The translations under genes and the position numbers were made by a program. The notes under the pieces are model-generated. The model saw only the letters and a program-made list of their open reading frames with translations. It was not told the DNA's origin and did no database searches. 64,000 nt of DNA from Schizochytrium sp. TIO01 (Eukaryota > Protista > Bigyra: Labyrinthulomycetes), in contig SMSO01000034.1 in assembly GCA_004764695.1 (NCBI GenBank), positions 868,001-932,000 on the forward strand, given 5' to 3'. Positions 44,911-56,460 of the stretch are shown one piece after another (the stretch's first letter is position 1; each line of letters opens with the position of its first letter).

Positions 44911-45870
44911 TCGCTGGCCACCTGCGAGGGTTTGTTTCTTTGTCTGCGGTCGGGCGAGCGGAGATCGGGTTCTGCTTCTGCCTCTGCCGCTCGCCTCCCT
45001 CTTCAAGCCCAAGCAATGCGGCGCTCCCCTAATAACGCCAACCAATGCGACACAAATCAAAGAATCAATCGATGCCAAGAACTGCAAAGCTGTGTCTGTA
45101 TTATGTATTGGTTCCCTCCCTTCATTTTTAATTTAATTAAAGAAAGTACGTATGTACGTATCTTTATTTATTTATTTCTTTATTTATTTAAAATAAAAAT
45201 AATAAATAAATAAATAAAACTTGCAATTGCGAAGGAAAACACTTTTCTACTATGTGTTTACTAACTACTGCCGCGCGAGGTTCTGGCGGAGGAAGCGCTA
45301 AAGGGCCATAAGATCTCCAGATCTCCGGATCTTTTGCATCTCGCTGTCACTTTCTCACGCTGGTTGATCCTCCTTAAGAAACAGACAAACAACAATCAAA
45401 CAACAACAATCAAACAGCAAAAGAACACTAAAACGCCTTCTTCTATGCTACAACAAATAAACAAACAAACAAACAATCAATCAATCAAAACAAAACAAAA
45501 CAAAACAAGCGCCAAAAGCCAACTGGAAAACGCCCTTATTCTTTCTTTCCTCCACGTTCGACTCCTCGTCCAAACGGGATCTCGAGGTTCTCTCTCGCAG
45601 AGCTAGCTCATGCATGCATGATCTGATCGAGTTCCTGCTCGCGATTCCTTCCTCAGTTCGCTCCTTTGAGAACCTCGAAGATCGAAGATCGAAGTCGAAG
45701 TCGAAGATCGAAGTCGAAGATCGAAGTCGAAGATCGAAGTCGAAGATCGAGAAACGAGAGAAGAAGATTGATACAAAGCAGAAGAGAAGAAAAGAGAAGA
45801 GAAGAGAAGAAAAGAAAAGCGTAAAAGACTCTCTCATTGCACTTATTGCACTTATTGCACTTATTGCACA
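44400..45870. repeat. SSR-rich region upstream of the CCCH gene: (AAAC)n, (GAA)n, (CTG)n, (TCGAAG[A])12, (TTATTGCAC)n
   Basis: Directly visible. Confidence 0.9.
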
Positions 45871-48564
45871 GTCTGCGCCCTCGTAAGCCTTGGCTCCAGG
45901 GGCTTACGCGTGCGCAGACCGTTCTCCGTCGAATCTCTAAGCCCTGCGCGGGATACGAGGCTGCTGCGAAACGCCCCTTCGCAGCGAGGGCCCTTCGCTT
46001 CGCCTCGCGGCGGCGGTGCTCTGCGAATACTCGCATCACGAGCTGGCGGCGGTCTTGACGACCCACGGGACCGAAGCGTCAACGGTGGAATCTCCAGCGC
46101 CTCAAATTCCGGGCAGCGACTCCTACCGTGCCCCGCCTCGGGACCGGCCGCCAGGGACAGCTGCGGGCAAAGAGGGGGGCTCTGTGGAACTCCCTAGGAG
46201 GGTGTACGCCAGAAAGAATCTAGAGGTCTCCTTTGTGTACACCCCCTCGCAGAGTGTCCCCGGCAGTTTTGGGGCGAGGGGGTCTCGTAATGGGGGGCAT
46301 TGTGGGAGAGGTGCAGAGGAATCTCGCCGCATCTTTGGCGCCGATGACTGAAGAAAGGAAGAAAGAGTGATTTTGTTCACCAAAATAAAAATTGTATCAT
46401 TTTCTATTTTTTAAAAATAATATGATATATATATATAATTCAATTCACATTTTTTCTCACAAAGAAATATAATAGTAAGAGCAAAGAAAAAAGGAACGAA
46501 ATGCAATTGTTATCGTGAACGAAAGCAATGGATTGACTGACTGATCGGTCGCTCCATCACTCCACCACTCCATCACTAAAGAACATGCACCCAAAGCTTG
46601 CTTTGGGCGGAGAGGAGCATCTCGAAGGGCCGGGGGTCCAGGCGCAGTACTGACCACCAGACTCGACATGACGAGGTTAGATTGCTCCTTCGAGCGAGGA
46701 AAGCGAGCGCTCTTGAGGTGGCGAACTTGTAAGAAGGCTGAAGATCCACAGGTTCCTACGGCCTGCGCGAACTCCACGACGACGACGACTCACACATTCC
46801 ATTCACGACGAGCAGAACTTGGTTTCACGGCAGCCAGAAGGTAGGCGGAGTGTCGCCTGCCTGCGTGCTTGCTTGCTTGCTTGCTCGAACTCCGTCGAGG
46901 ATATTTATTTGCAGGTCGATCAGCTTGCCAGGGGGATGTATGGATGGATGGGTGTCCAGGCAGGGCACACGCCGGGGCTCGTGCTCGACTGGAGGCAGAC
47001 CGTCCACCTGCCGAGAAAGTTCGCCCTGCCCGCCGAGAGCTTAAAGTTCTAAGCAAGCAGGGCGCCGATCGCAAGAGCGGTTTCGTCGCGAAGATCTTGC
47101 CTGCCTGCTTGCAGGGCTCGCGCGGGTTCTTGGCTGGCTCGCTGAGATGAACTCCTTGCGGCCGCTGAGCTTGCCGCTGAGCTTGCCCTCGATCGAGCGC
47201 GCCTGAAGTCAGGGAGGCGCTTCAGACTAAGAGCCCCAGGTGCTAGCGAGCGTGGGCCTGCGCAGCGCATCTCTGGTGTCCGCTCGCGAGGGCACCGCAT
47301 CTGCGGTTCCGCACTCCTCAGAGGACCTCGGGATCCTTGAGCAGAGACCTTGAGCCTTCCGCCTGCTTTCAAAGGCGTACGGTAGCCGGAGCATCGCGAT
47401 GGGCTCTAAGCCCTGGCGCCAATTCGGCGCAGCGCAGAGAACCAGCCTCGCGGTCGCCCACGTGCCGCTGGCGCTGGCGGGCAACTGGCCTCCTGCGGCC
47501 CCTGCGACTCCTGTGGCTCCCGCGACGTCTGTCTCTTTGGCCAGCTCCAGGAGGTCCTCCTCGACGACCTTGGCCGCCCAAGCCCAGAACCGGCGAGGCT
47601 GCGAGGCGATCGATGCCTTCTGCTCGGCAAGCGCGGACCTCGGCGCTGCTCGTACCCTGTGCAAAGCTTCCCTAACATCTTCGCACGCCCGCTCGCGGAT
47701 GCGGGGTTGCCAAGCGGGCCAGCGAGCTAGCTTCCTGAGCTGTAAGACGCTCGCCACCGCGGAAGAGCTCTGCTCTGCTCTGAAATGCCGCTGTTGCTGG
47801 TCGTCGGTCGCACGGCCGAACCTTTGACTGCCATTGAGAACTGCGATGGGGGTCTTCTCTGGCCAGCTTGGGCTTGCGGCGGTGGAGCCCGACGCCCTGG
47901 CGTCTTGCCTTGGCGTCTTGCTGTTCCCGCGTGAGGCTCCAAAAGCAGCCGCGACGCCTGTGCGAGAGACAGACCTCTATACGGCGAAGACGAATCAGTT
48001 CTTCGCTTGGCCAAGTACACACCCACGAGCGCACCCAATGCGGTTCTTGCAGGAAATGAGGAGCAAAAGGATTCGCGCTGCAGTCCGAGGTCTCGAGAGG
48101 CGGGCGGGTACATTAGATTAGAAGCGAGCAAGTTCTGCTCTTTCGCGTGGTCATATGTGTGTATGTAGTATATGTTTGCTCGACTTTGTCAGTCTGATTG
48201 AGCTTTGCGTGGGAAGATAGCTTCGGGTTGACTAGGCTCCCTGACCTCAATTTGACACGGTCGAAGATTCCTTCTTCGTAGCAAAGAGACAGTCGTTTTG
48301 AAGAGCTAAAATTATTTTTTTTAAATTATTTTTTTTAATTAAAAGTTTTTGAAGTTTTGCTTGAAGGTAGTAGTAATTTATTTTTTTTACTTCTAAAAAT
48401 TAAAATTGTCTTGAAAGTAAAACAAGAAGATCAAAATTGTGGGACTGTGTTTCCCATGTTTTCTCAGTTCTTCGAGTGGAAAGTAGGTAGCTATGTTATT
48501 ATGTGGAAATGAAAAGAAAATATGTTTGTTCAAGTTGGGCCAACATCATGCATGCATGGATCAT

Positions 48565-51500
48565 TCATGACCAAATGTCACGCTTGTAGCGACCACGCTT
48601 AGTCATTTCGTCAAGCTTTGCCTGCGCATCAACCTGGCCGAGACGACCATACTTAACAAGACACTCCACAAGTGCCTGATTTACATCCTTCGCCATAGAC
48701 ATGCCATCGCCACAGACATAGATGAAACCATCTAGCTCCATAATATGACGCGCCACGCGCTCGCCGTCCTCCTTGAGCAAGTGCTGCACATACACCTTTT
48801 CGGTACCTTGGCGGGAGAAGGCACAGCGTAAGTTGCCCAACACATCGCCTGCACGTGCTTCGCGTTCGAGATAATCCTTGAACAAGAAATCCTTGTTTTC
48901 ATACCTGCAACCAAAGTACAGGTCGAGTGGAGTTACTTCGGACTTGAGTTCTTGCTCAGGCTCAAATGCCAGGCTTGAGGCGATATCTGCCGCTCGAAGG
49001 CGGCGGCCTCCCCGCCAATAGCCCTCGTATAGCTCTCCTTGAATCGATTCCTGGGCTGTCTTGAGAAACTTGCGATGTTCAATAAAGCCAACGAAAGGCG
49101 CCACGCCAGTGCCAGGTCCAATCAAAATCAGAGGAATCTCTACATCGCCAGGCAAGTGGAAAGCAGTTGAGTTGCGAAAGAACACCTGAACTCGTGGGGC
49201 AGGTGGCCGAGTAGACTGAACGCGGCCCATCTTCCGCAGAACAGCATCCAAAGCGGCAGGGCGGGCACCCGGAAGACCTGCACCACTTGATGAGGCACCT
49301 TGCATAACCTTTTCTGCGAGACTCTCCATCCATGATGTACAAAGGCCACGAACAATACGTGTTTCGCCCTGCCGTCCTGCCAGCTCTGTCTCTACGACAG
49401 TCATGGCAATCGTTACATGCCGGTATCCACCAGGACCTAGAGGCGAGTTTGCGACAGAGTAAAAGCGCGGTGCGAGCTTGGGCAAACTGTGCAGTAAGTT
49501 TTCCAACGGGGGATGGCACGAGGGAAAGAGATCCAAAATCTCGAGTAGAGTTAACTGCTGTGCCTCAACGAGCTTCGTGAAAACACCACGCCCTTTAAGA
49601 GAGCTCAGGTAGCATAAACGTGCCTTTTCAAGAGGATCCGAACAATACTCAGACAGCATTCGAAAGAGCGCCTTACGCGGGGTCGAGGTCATGTCTACAC
49701 CCCAGGTGAAAATCTTCTCAAGGCTTGTGACTGGGTCAAGGTTTGAGAACATTGGGCGCTCCTGGCTCTGTGTAGCACCTGCAGATCCAGCTGGTCCGCG
49801 GGCACGGGTCGTAACCTCGACTTGTGTAGCACCATCTAGATTCAAGCGCTTAAGAACTTTTTGCACGAGTACCTCAGGGTTTGGGCAAACCACTCCCAAG
49901 GCGTCACCAGGGCTCCACTGTGCCGGAAACTCGGGGAATTTGAGCTCTAAGTCGATCTGAAGTACGCGCTTTACATCTTCACCTTGAGACATATATTTCG
50001 CTTTTGCAAGTTCAGCATCAATCGGGTGAGAAGCTGAAGAACCTGCGACACTCGATGGTGACTCAATGGAGGAAGACCGAAAACGATTTAACCGCCCGCT
50101 GTTTGGTGCATTTTGGCTATTGGCGAGTGCGGTTGCTGCTTCAGCTGCTGAGACCTCACGTACACGAGCAAGGCAAGCCTCTAAGTTGCCAGTTCTGCCG
50201 GTATTCTTTTCAATCTCTTCAACTGTAGAGAGTTCACAAACATCCGCAAAGCCCAGAGGAGAGCCAGCCTCGCGCCACCCATACTTCCCTTGACCAGGAT
50301 GAATTGGGTTTGGAGAACTCGGAGCGGCCGCTGCTGCTGTTGCTGTTGGAATTGGCGCGCGTTGAGCAGCAGCAGCAATTTTGATGGGTAGGCCGGGAGG
50401 TTGTTGAACACCAGCAGGCCGAGCTGTCGATTTCGTTCCTGTTTGCACATCTTGGCTATTATTCTCCATCTTAGAAGCACGAGATGCTCCTCCTGTTACA
50501 CCAATTGACTCAGGAAGACCCACAGGTTGCTTGATGGATGATTGCGGAAGCGCAGATTTCACTTCAGGCTTAGATTCCCTTGTAAGGGCAATAGGTGGCT
50601 TGTTAGATGCGACTGGGCTTGGTTGAGACGCCTTCTTCTCTGCCTGTGCACGTTTGTAAATTTTACCAAGCCAAGGCTCAACAAACTGATCAAGACCTAC
50701 AGCTTCATCAGCACGCGTCATTGGAATCCATTGCGTGGCACCGAGTTGAGAAAGTCGTCGCTCCAGAGAGACTCCAGCGGCACAAAATTGGTCGTAGTTG
50801 GTGTCACCAAGAGCTAGTACAGCATATCGCAAATGCTGCAAAAGGTTTTCCGGATGTGACCTTCGGCGAATGAAGCGCATCATGGCTTCAGCGTTACGGG
50901 GAGGTTCGCCGTTTCCTGTTGTTGAAATGACAAAAATAACCTCTTTAGCTTCAAGGAAGCCAATCTTTTTATAGTCATCCATGCGGGCAATTCTAGCAGG
51001 GACCTTGAGTTCTCCAAGTTTCTCAAAGACTTGTGTAGCGATTGCTTCTGCATTTCCAGTTTCAGACCCATACAAGACCATGACTTCACTGTCAAACGGC
51101 TCAAAGCTGTCGCCCTCGGATGATTGGCTGCTTGAAGCATTGTCTATAGTAGATGAATTCTTTTGAGAGTCAGTACTCTCGATATTGCTCTCAGGAATAG
51201 TAGCAGCTTTTGTAGCTGTTGCTACTGCTGCTGCTGCTGCTGCTGCAGGTTCTACTTGAACAGAAGAAGCAGCTGCAGGTAGCGTCAAATTGATGTCAGG
51301 CACCTCGGTTGGCGCTGTCTTTAACGAGGTGGTAGAAGAAGCCACCTCTGTTTTGTTTGATGATGTCCTAGAAGAAGCATTCACAAGAGAGTCCCAAAGA
51401 GACTTTTTCCAAGGTTCTACAACCTGGTCAAGGCCTACAGCTTCATCCGCGCATGCCACAGGGAGTATACGTTGAGCTCCTAGCTCCTCCAGGCGTTTAT

Positions 51501-52527
51501 CAATGCGCTTGCCAGCATGGCAAAATTGATCATAGTTTGTGTCGCCCAATGCTAGTACGAGATACTGCATCTTCTCCAAAAGTGTTGCCGGCTGGGTCCG
51601 CCGACGTAAAAATCGCCAACAGGTATCCGCGTTGCGCGGGGGTTCCCCATTACCCGTGGTGGAAATAACAAATATAGCGAGAGTTTGCTCTGGAAGTTTG
51701 TAATCTTTAAAGGCATTCATCTCGGCAAGCTGGGAACTAAACCCATGCTCCCCAGCACTTTCGTGCAATTGTGTGGCGATAGCCTCTGCATTGCCAGTTT
51801 CTGATCCATACATGATCAAGAGCTCCCTAGGTCCACTTTGCGTTTTTTCGGCACTATCCTCACCCCGCGGTGTGGAAGTTGATTCTTGTTTAGTGCTAGT
51901 TTGGTTGCCTGAATTTGTAACGGCATCTTGCTGTTTGGGAACCTTACCTGAAGGTTCGCCGCTAGTATTACTAAATCCTGCAGGGGCAGTCTCCGCAGAG
52001 GGCTTGTTAATTCTTGATTCTGTGTCTTTCACCTCCTGCGATTCTACGTTGCTGGCAAGATGCTTGCGCAAGACATCCCAAATACCAATACGCCATGGCT
52101 CCACTGTTTTTTCCAAATCAGTACCCTCATCCGCGCAAGCCACTGGGAGGAGCCTTTGTGCACCGAGTTGATTCAAGCGCTCGTCTACACGTTTGCCTAC
52201 AAGGCAAAATTGGTCGTAGTTAGTATCACCGCATGCAAGGACAGCATATGCTGTGTTTGCCAATAAGGTGTTGGGGTGAGTTCTGCGCCGGATGTAACGC
52301 ATGAAGCGGTCTGCATTGCGCGGAGGTTCACCATTCCCAGTCGTGGATGTCACTATCAGCACGAGGCTTGCGCTTTCGAAGCCAACCTTTTTGTAGTCAT
52401 CCAGAGGCGCAAGAACTCCTTTAAATCCTTCTTCATTGCTGGCCTCGTACAGACCTTCTGCAATAGATTGGCAATTGCCTGTCTCAGAGCCATAAAGAAT
52501 CAGTACGCTTGGTTTAGCTGATGACAT
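48565..52527 (-). CDS. MTRR: Methionine synthase reductase-like diflavin reductase with three tandem flavodoxin domains (~1320 aa)
   Basis: Three copies of [YGSETGN / STTGNGEPPRNA / GDTNYDQFC / ADE...VEPW]. FAD domain: PGDALGVVCPN, IFTWGVDMTSTPRKALFR, FPSCHPPL..LPKLAPRFYS. NADPH domain: IGPGTGVAPF, YFGCR, YVCGDG, C-terminal RYKRDIWS. ATG at 52527; the track start is TTG. Confidence 0.85.
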   Translation of the reverse strand: MSSAKPSVLILYGSETGNCQSIAEGLYEASNEEGFKGVLAPLDDYKKVGFESASLVLIVTSTTGNGEPPRNADRFMRYIRRRTHPNTLLANTAYAVLACGDTNYDQFCLVGKRVDERLNQLGAQRLLPVACADEGTDLEKTVEPWRIGIWDVLRKHLASNVESQEVKDTESRINKPSAETAPAGFSNTSGEPSGKVPKQQDAVTNSGNQTSTKQESTSTPRGEDSAEKTQSGPRELLIMYGSETGNAEAIATQLHESAGEHGFSSQLAEMNAFKDYKLPEQTLAIFVISTTGNGEPPRNADTCWRFLRRRTQPATLLEKMQYLVLALGDTNYDQFCHAGKRIDKRLEELGAQRILPVACADEAVGLDQVVEPWKKSLWDSLVNASSRTSSNKTEVASSTTSLKTAPTEVPDINLTLPAAASSVQVEPAAAAAAAVATATKAATIPESNIESTDSQKNSSTIDNASSSQSSEGDSFEPFDSEVMVLYGSETGNAEAIATQVFEKLGELKVPARIARMDDYKKIGFLEAKEVIFVISTTGNGEPPRNAEAMMRFIRRRSHPENLLQHLRYAVLALGDTNYDQFCAAGVSLERRLSQLGATQWIPMTRADEAVGLDQFVEPWLGKIYKRAQAEKKASQPSPVASNKPPIALTRESKPEVKSALPQSSIKQPVGLPESIGVTGGASRASKMENNSQDVQTGTKSTARPAGVQQPPGLPIKIAAAAQRAPIPTATAAAAAPSSPNPIHPGQGKYGWREAGSPLGFADVCELSTVEEIEKNTGRTGNLEACLARVREVSAAEAATALANSQNAPNSGRLNRFRSSSIESPSSVAGSSASHPIDAELAKAKYMSQGEDVKRVLQIDLELKFPEFPAQWSPGDALGVVCPNPEVLVQKVLKRLNLDGATQVEVTTRARGPAGSAGATQSQERPMFSNLDPVTSLEKIFTWGVDMTSTPRKALFRMLSEYCSDPLEKARLCYLSSLKGRGVFTKLVEAQQLTLLEILDLFPSCHPPLENLLHSLPKLAPRFYSVANSPLGPGGYRHVTIAMTVVETELAGRQGETRIVRGLCTSWMESLAEKVMQGASSSGAGLPGARPAALDAVLRKMGRVQSTRPPAPRVQVFFRNSTAFHLPGDVEIPLILIGPGTGVAPFVGFIEHRKFLKTAQESIQGELYEGYWRGGRRLRAADIASSLAFEPEQELKSEVTPLDLYFGCRYENKDFLFKDYLEREARAGDVLGNLRCAFSRQGTEKVYVQHLLKEDGERVARHIMELDGFIYVCGDGMSMAKDVNQALVECLVKYGRLGQVDAQAKLDEMTKRGRYKRDIWS

Positions 52528-54027
52528 TTTACTTTCCTCGCGGAAGTAGTACTGCAATCTCGCGAAACTTTTTCGATAATGAAATGAAGTTCAGTATTTT
52601 CTAGACAACTTGATACGTCTTTGATACTGACCCTACTCTTATGACTCTGGCTGGTGCAATTTCTTTCTTGCTTTTGCAGTGAACACCTGGCGACTGGTTT
52701 GCACGAGCGTGCAATCAAACCAAACACTACTAAATCTTCAGGACTCCAGGAACCTGGTTTCCTATAGGCACGAGGACGTTAGCGATGGCTCGGGACCAAT
52801 GGCTTCAAGCCTTTTCTGGCCTCTGGTCCCTGTGCTCGCCGCAGCTTGGGTTTCAAGTGGCGAAAGAATCTCCAATTTGTTCGAGCTTTGCAGGTCCTCT
52901 CGTTCTGGTCTCGGCGCTTTTCTTCATTAAGCGAGGCGTGTCCATAACTTATAAATTACCCCTAGTTTGAGCCTCGTATTTTCATTTTGGGGGGCATTGT
53001 ATAACGACGCCTTCAGATTAATACAAACAAAATACTTTGGGTAGAACAATGCCAGAAGCCAATATGATACATTCGCGTAGTTGGAAGGTCACTTTAAATT
53101 GACAAAGTCCAAAGACCCTCTTTCGGAAAGATAGTACTACTCTTGATCACCATCAACATTGATTGCTCATGTATTCTGACATATAGGCTAAACATTAATG
53201 AAGCTAGTGTGAACTCCTATAGTTATGTGGTTGAATAGTTTGGCTTTACATTTCATCTGTTCAACATATTTCCATATTATTTTTGCTTTAGTTGCTTTAG
53301 TTGAGTCAAAAGTGATGGATGTTATGCCTTTAGTTTTGACAAGTTTTTCATTCTAAAGCATTGCTTTGGGGCTTGGGGTAATCTCGCATTGGTGAAGGAC
53401 GCAATATTGTCTCTATCGATGAGTATTTATCTATACATTCACTTTCGAAGCACATGTAGTATAAAATTTACTTGGAGTAAAGTCCCAAGCTGGCTTGCAT
53501 TCTCGACCAAATCTTAGTTCTATAGAACTCTGTGCTTAGAGAAGCCAATTTTTCTGACCTTTCAAATTTTGGTATGAGCATCACAATCCGCTTTGCGAGC
53601 TTTAAAAAAGTAAGTGAAACAAGTAGTAGAACAAAAATTCGGAACGCCTCTGGAACATCCTCTTTCTCTTAAGCTTCTGTAACCAGAGCCTCTCCTATAC
53701 TATGGGCCAAAACACCTTTACTATAGGTAGTAACACTCACAAGTGAACTATATAATGCTATAACCAATAGTATCAGTATCTTATTGACTTAAAACTCATA
53801 GAAACAATTTGGATAAGCTTTGACAGATTGATCGAAATAGATCCTTCCTTGACATAACCCAAACCAGCTCAAGAGCCGCTTTTCTCTTTGCTGCCGTCAC
53901 CTTCATCAACGTCGCTACTGGTCTCCCTGCGCTATTTGCTGCTGGTCCTGGCCTCCCTCACCTTGCACGCGCACCTCCTCTTTCGTCCTGGGGGCCGTTC
54001 GTTTATTCTCTCGCGCCGTCGTCCGCC

Positions 54028-54945
54028 ATGTCACAGCCCATCCGCGCCGTCATCACCGGGAACCGTTTGGTGAACGAACACACGGAGTACCGCGTGGAGC
54101 TTTGCGCCGGCGCTGCCAAGCTTTCCTCTGTGTCACGTCGTTTCCGCGAATTCGTGGAGCTCCACGCGCAGCTCTCTAAGTTCCGTCATGCCTTCGCTAT
54201 TCCTGACGTGCCTCCCAAGAAATTTTTCGGCCGCACCAACCCGGATTTCGTTCTCCGTCGCCAGCGCGAACTTCAGGCCTTCTTGGACAAGCTTGTCAAC
54301 AGCATCGTTGCCAACCCTCCAGCAGAGGCCGCATGGCGTTTGCTATGCCTCTTCCTCGCGCTCGACCCAAAGCAGTACGTGCCTGAGTCCATCCTGAACC
54401 TCGCAGACCAGTCTGCAGGCACGCGCCGCGAGGATGATTCTGCAGCTGGCGCAAACAATGGCGCTGGCAATGCCTCCAGCAATGGCGCAGGCGCGCCTGG
54501 AAACCCTGGATCCCGCGGTGCGAACGCAGGTTCTGCGAATAACGGGGCTGGTGGAGCTGGTGCTGGAGGCGACGATGGAGAAGATGCGGACGCGGCAAGT
54601 TTGGAGGCCGAGGAAATGAGGCGTATGGACAGGATTGTGGACGCTTTTGCAAGGCAGACAATTAATGTGAGCAGAAACACGGAGGAGAGACTGCAACACG
54701 CGCCAGCGACCCTGGTTGACAGGATTCCGGTCAAGGCGCTCCAGGAGACTCTGCAAAAGTATGTGCTGGACGCCCCTCTTAAGATGTCGAGGAGAGGTGA
54801 GGACGAAGTTGCGGAAGACGGAGAAAGTACGAATGCAGGTGAGGAAGGAGTGGCGAATGAGGCTGAAGAGAGTGAGCAGACTGAGATTGCCCCGATTCAG
54901 GGTGCAGAGGAAGTTGTTGTGCACCTCGAAATGACCACCGAGTGA
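54028..54945 (+). CDS. PX (phox homology) domain protein, sorting-nexin-like
   Basis: HTEYRV...VSRRFREFVELHAQL...PDVPPKKFFGRTNPDFVLRRQRELQAFL; followed by a Gly/Asn linker and an acidic tail. Confidence 0.85.
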   Translation: MSQPIRAVITGNRLVNEHTEYRVELCAGAAKLSSVSRRFREFVELHAQLSKFRHAFAIPDVPPKKFFGRTNPDFVLRRQRELQAFLDKLVNSIVANPPAEAAWRLLCLFLALDPKQYVPESILNLADQSAGTRREDDSAAGANNGAGNASSNGAGAPGNPGSRGANAGSANNGAGGAGAGGDDGEDADAASLEAEEMRRMDRIVDAFARQTINVSRNTEERLQHAPATLVDRIPVKALQETLQKYVLDAPLKMSRRGEDEVAEDGESTNAGEEGVANEAEESEQTEIAPIQGAEEVVVHLEMTTE

Positions 54946-56055
54946 GCTTGCTTGTAGATGCAGCGGTTAGCCAAGATCTTCCACTAAGCATTCGAATAAA
55001 TGACTTGCATCTAGCCTTCGCAATGCTCGATGGATTGAACAGGGGCATAAGAGGCTAAATGAAGTTGAAAGCTCATAGATGAAGCCCCTCTATACACCTT
55101 TTTTCCCGCAAATTCTCTAGAACACTTGACCTCCGAGGGGGAGGAGTAGGAGTGAGGCATGCATTTTGCGGGAAAGATCTCGACGACACCTTGAAGTGGC
55201 CAACCGTGGTGAGCCAAACAAATTAATTAAAGATTCCCGACCCTCGACACTATACAGATACATGTCGACAACACCATGAATGAAAACATAGTTCAAAATC
55301 CCCTCAAAAGTAAAAACGAAGTAACGAAAATGCTCTTTAAGTTGTTATTTTTCTAAGCCAAGCTTGCATAACTTCTTCAATGTATACTTGTTTCATTTCT
55401 TCCTAATTTTCAGATATCATTTGCAATATCAGAAAAACTAAAGATAAGAGTTGAAGACTGTGATTTCGCAGCTCGTACGTGTTTTCGAGGCTGAAGAAAT
55501 CAAAGGAAGGAAGTTTCTCTAGAGTGGCCTTATAATTAATTGGTGATGGTACTACATAAGACCCAGGGCCTTCTCATATATACATTTAAAAGAAGGTCAT
55601 CTTATAAGGAGTAATTATACGATTTTGGTAGTCGTCCTATCAACTTGAGCTCTAGCGTACATGGACATGTCGATACTGAGAAAAAAAAAAAGGAATTAAG
55701 TTCTAAGTTCATATGAATTACATTTTTTTTTTTAGATTCGGAAACAAATGATACGAGGGGCACATTGGGCTCCTCCACTGAACTGAGTGAAAGTCGATAG
55801 CCAAAATTGGGTGCTGCCAAACATAGAATAATTTCTACCAGTCAGCATTGTTCTCTGCAAAAGGGAAAGGAAGTTTGAGCACTTTCTGGTCCACATTGCA
55901 GGGTATGGGGGTGCAAGTTTTTGCTGTTACTTTCCTGTGATGATTGATCTCTCAAGCAAGACATAAGAAGTAGCTTGTTTTAGCATTACTGAATGAACAG
56001 ATGATTTGTTTGTGATTTACATTTGAAGGCCACAAGAGTGGGAATGAGACAATAT

Positions 56056-56460
56056 CTATTCCTCATTCTGCTTCTGTAGGGCCTCCGGGCCATCCTCAGT
56101 GAGAACCTGGCACGTACCATCTTCAAGACTGTGATCGGCATTGCCGGTAGCAGCATTGAAAGCCTTGCGCTCGGCATCTCCGCCCCAGCGATGCAACTCG
56201 GGCGGCTTTTTATCCTCGAGATAATTCTCGATTGGGCCGACAAACTCCAGCTGCTCCTTGATCTCTTCTTTCACCTGAGAAGGGTTAGTGATCACCTTTT
56301 TCACCTTTTCCACAATGTAGGCAGTCTCTTCGTCAAGTTGCGGCGTCGTGGCGAGGCCACGAGAGCGCACATTACGCGCCAAGTCCCGAAGGCTGCTTGG
56401 GCGCTGGCGCAAAAAGGCCTGTTGCATTTCGTGACGAAGAACCCGTCTAAGGCTGTTCAT
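56056..56460 (-). CDS. Small hypothetical protein (~134 aa) with a mitochondrial presequence-like N-terminus
   Basis: From the ATG at 56460: MNSLRRVLRHEMQQAFLRQRPSSLRDLARNVRSRGLATT (Arg-rich, RGL|ATT cleavage-like), then a natural-looking acidic/helical body. Confidence 0.5.
   Translation of the reverse strand: MNSLRRVLRHEMQQAFLRQRPSSLRDLARNVRSRGLATTPQLDEETAYIVEKVKKVITNPSQVKEEIKEQLEFVGPIENYLEDKKPPELHRWGGDAERKAFNAATGNADHSLEDGTCQVLTEDGPEALQKQNEE

Noticed and set aside
50650-52510. Triple flavodoxin as an assembly duplication
   Set aside because: The copies differ extensively in amino acids and synonymous sites and have unrelated linkers.
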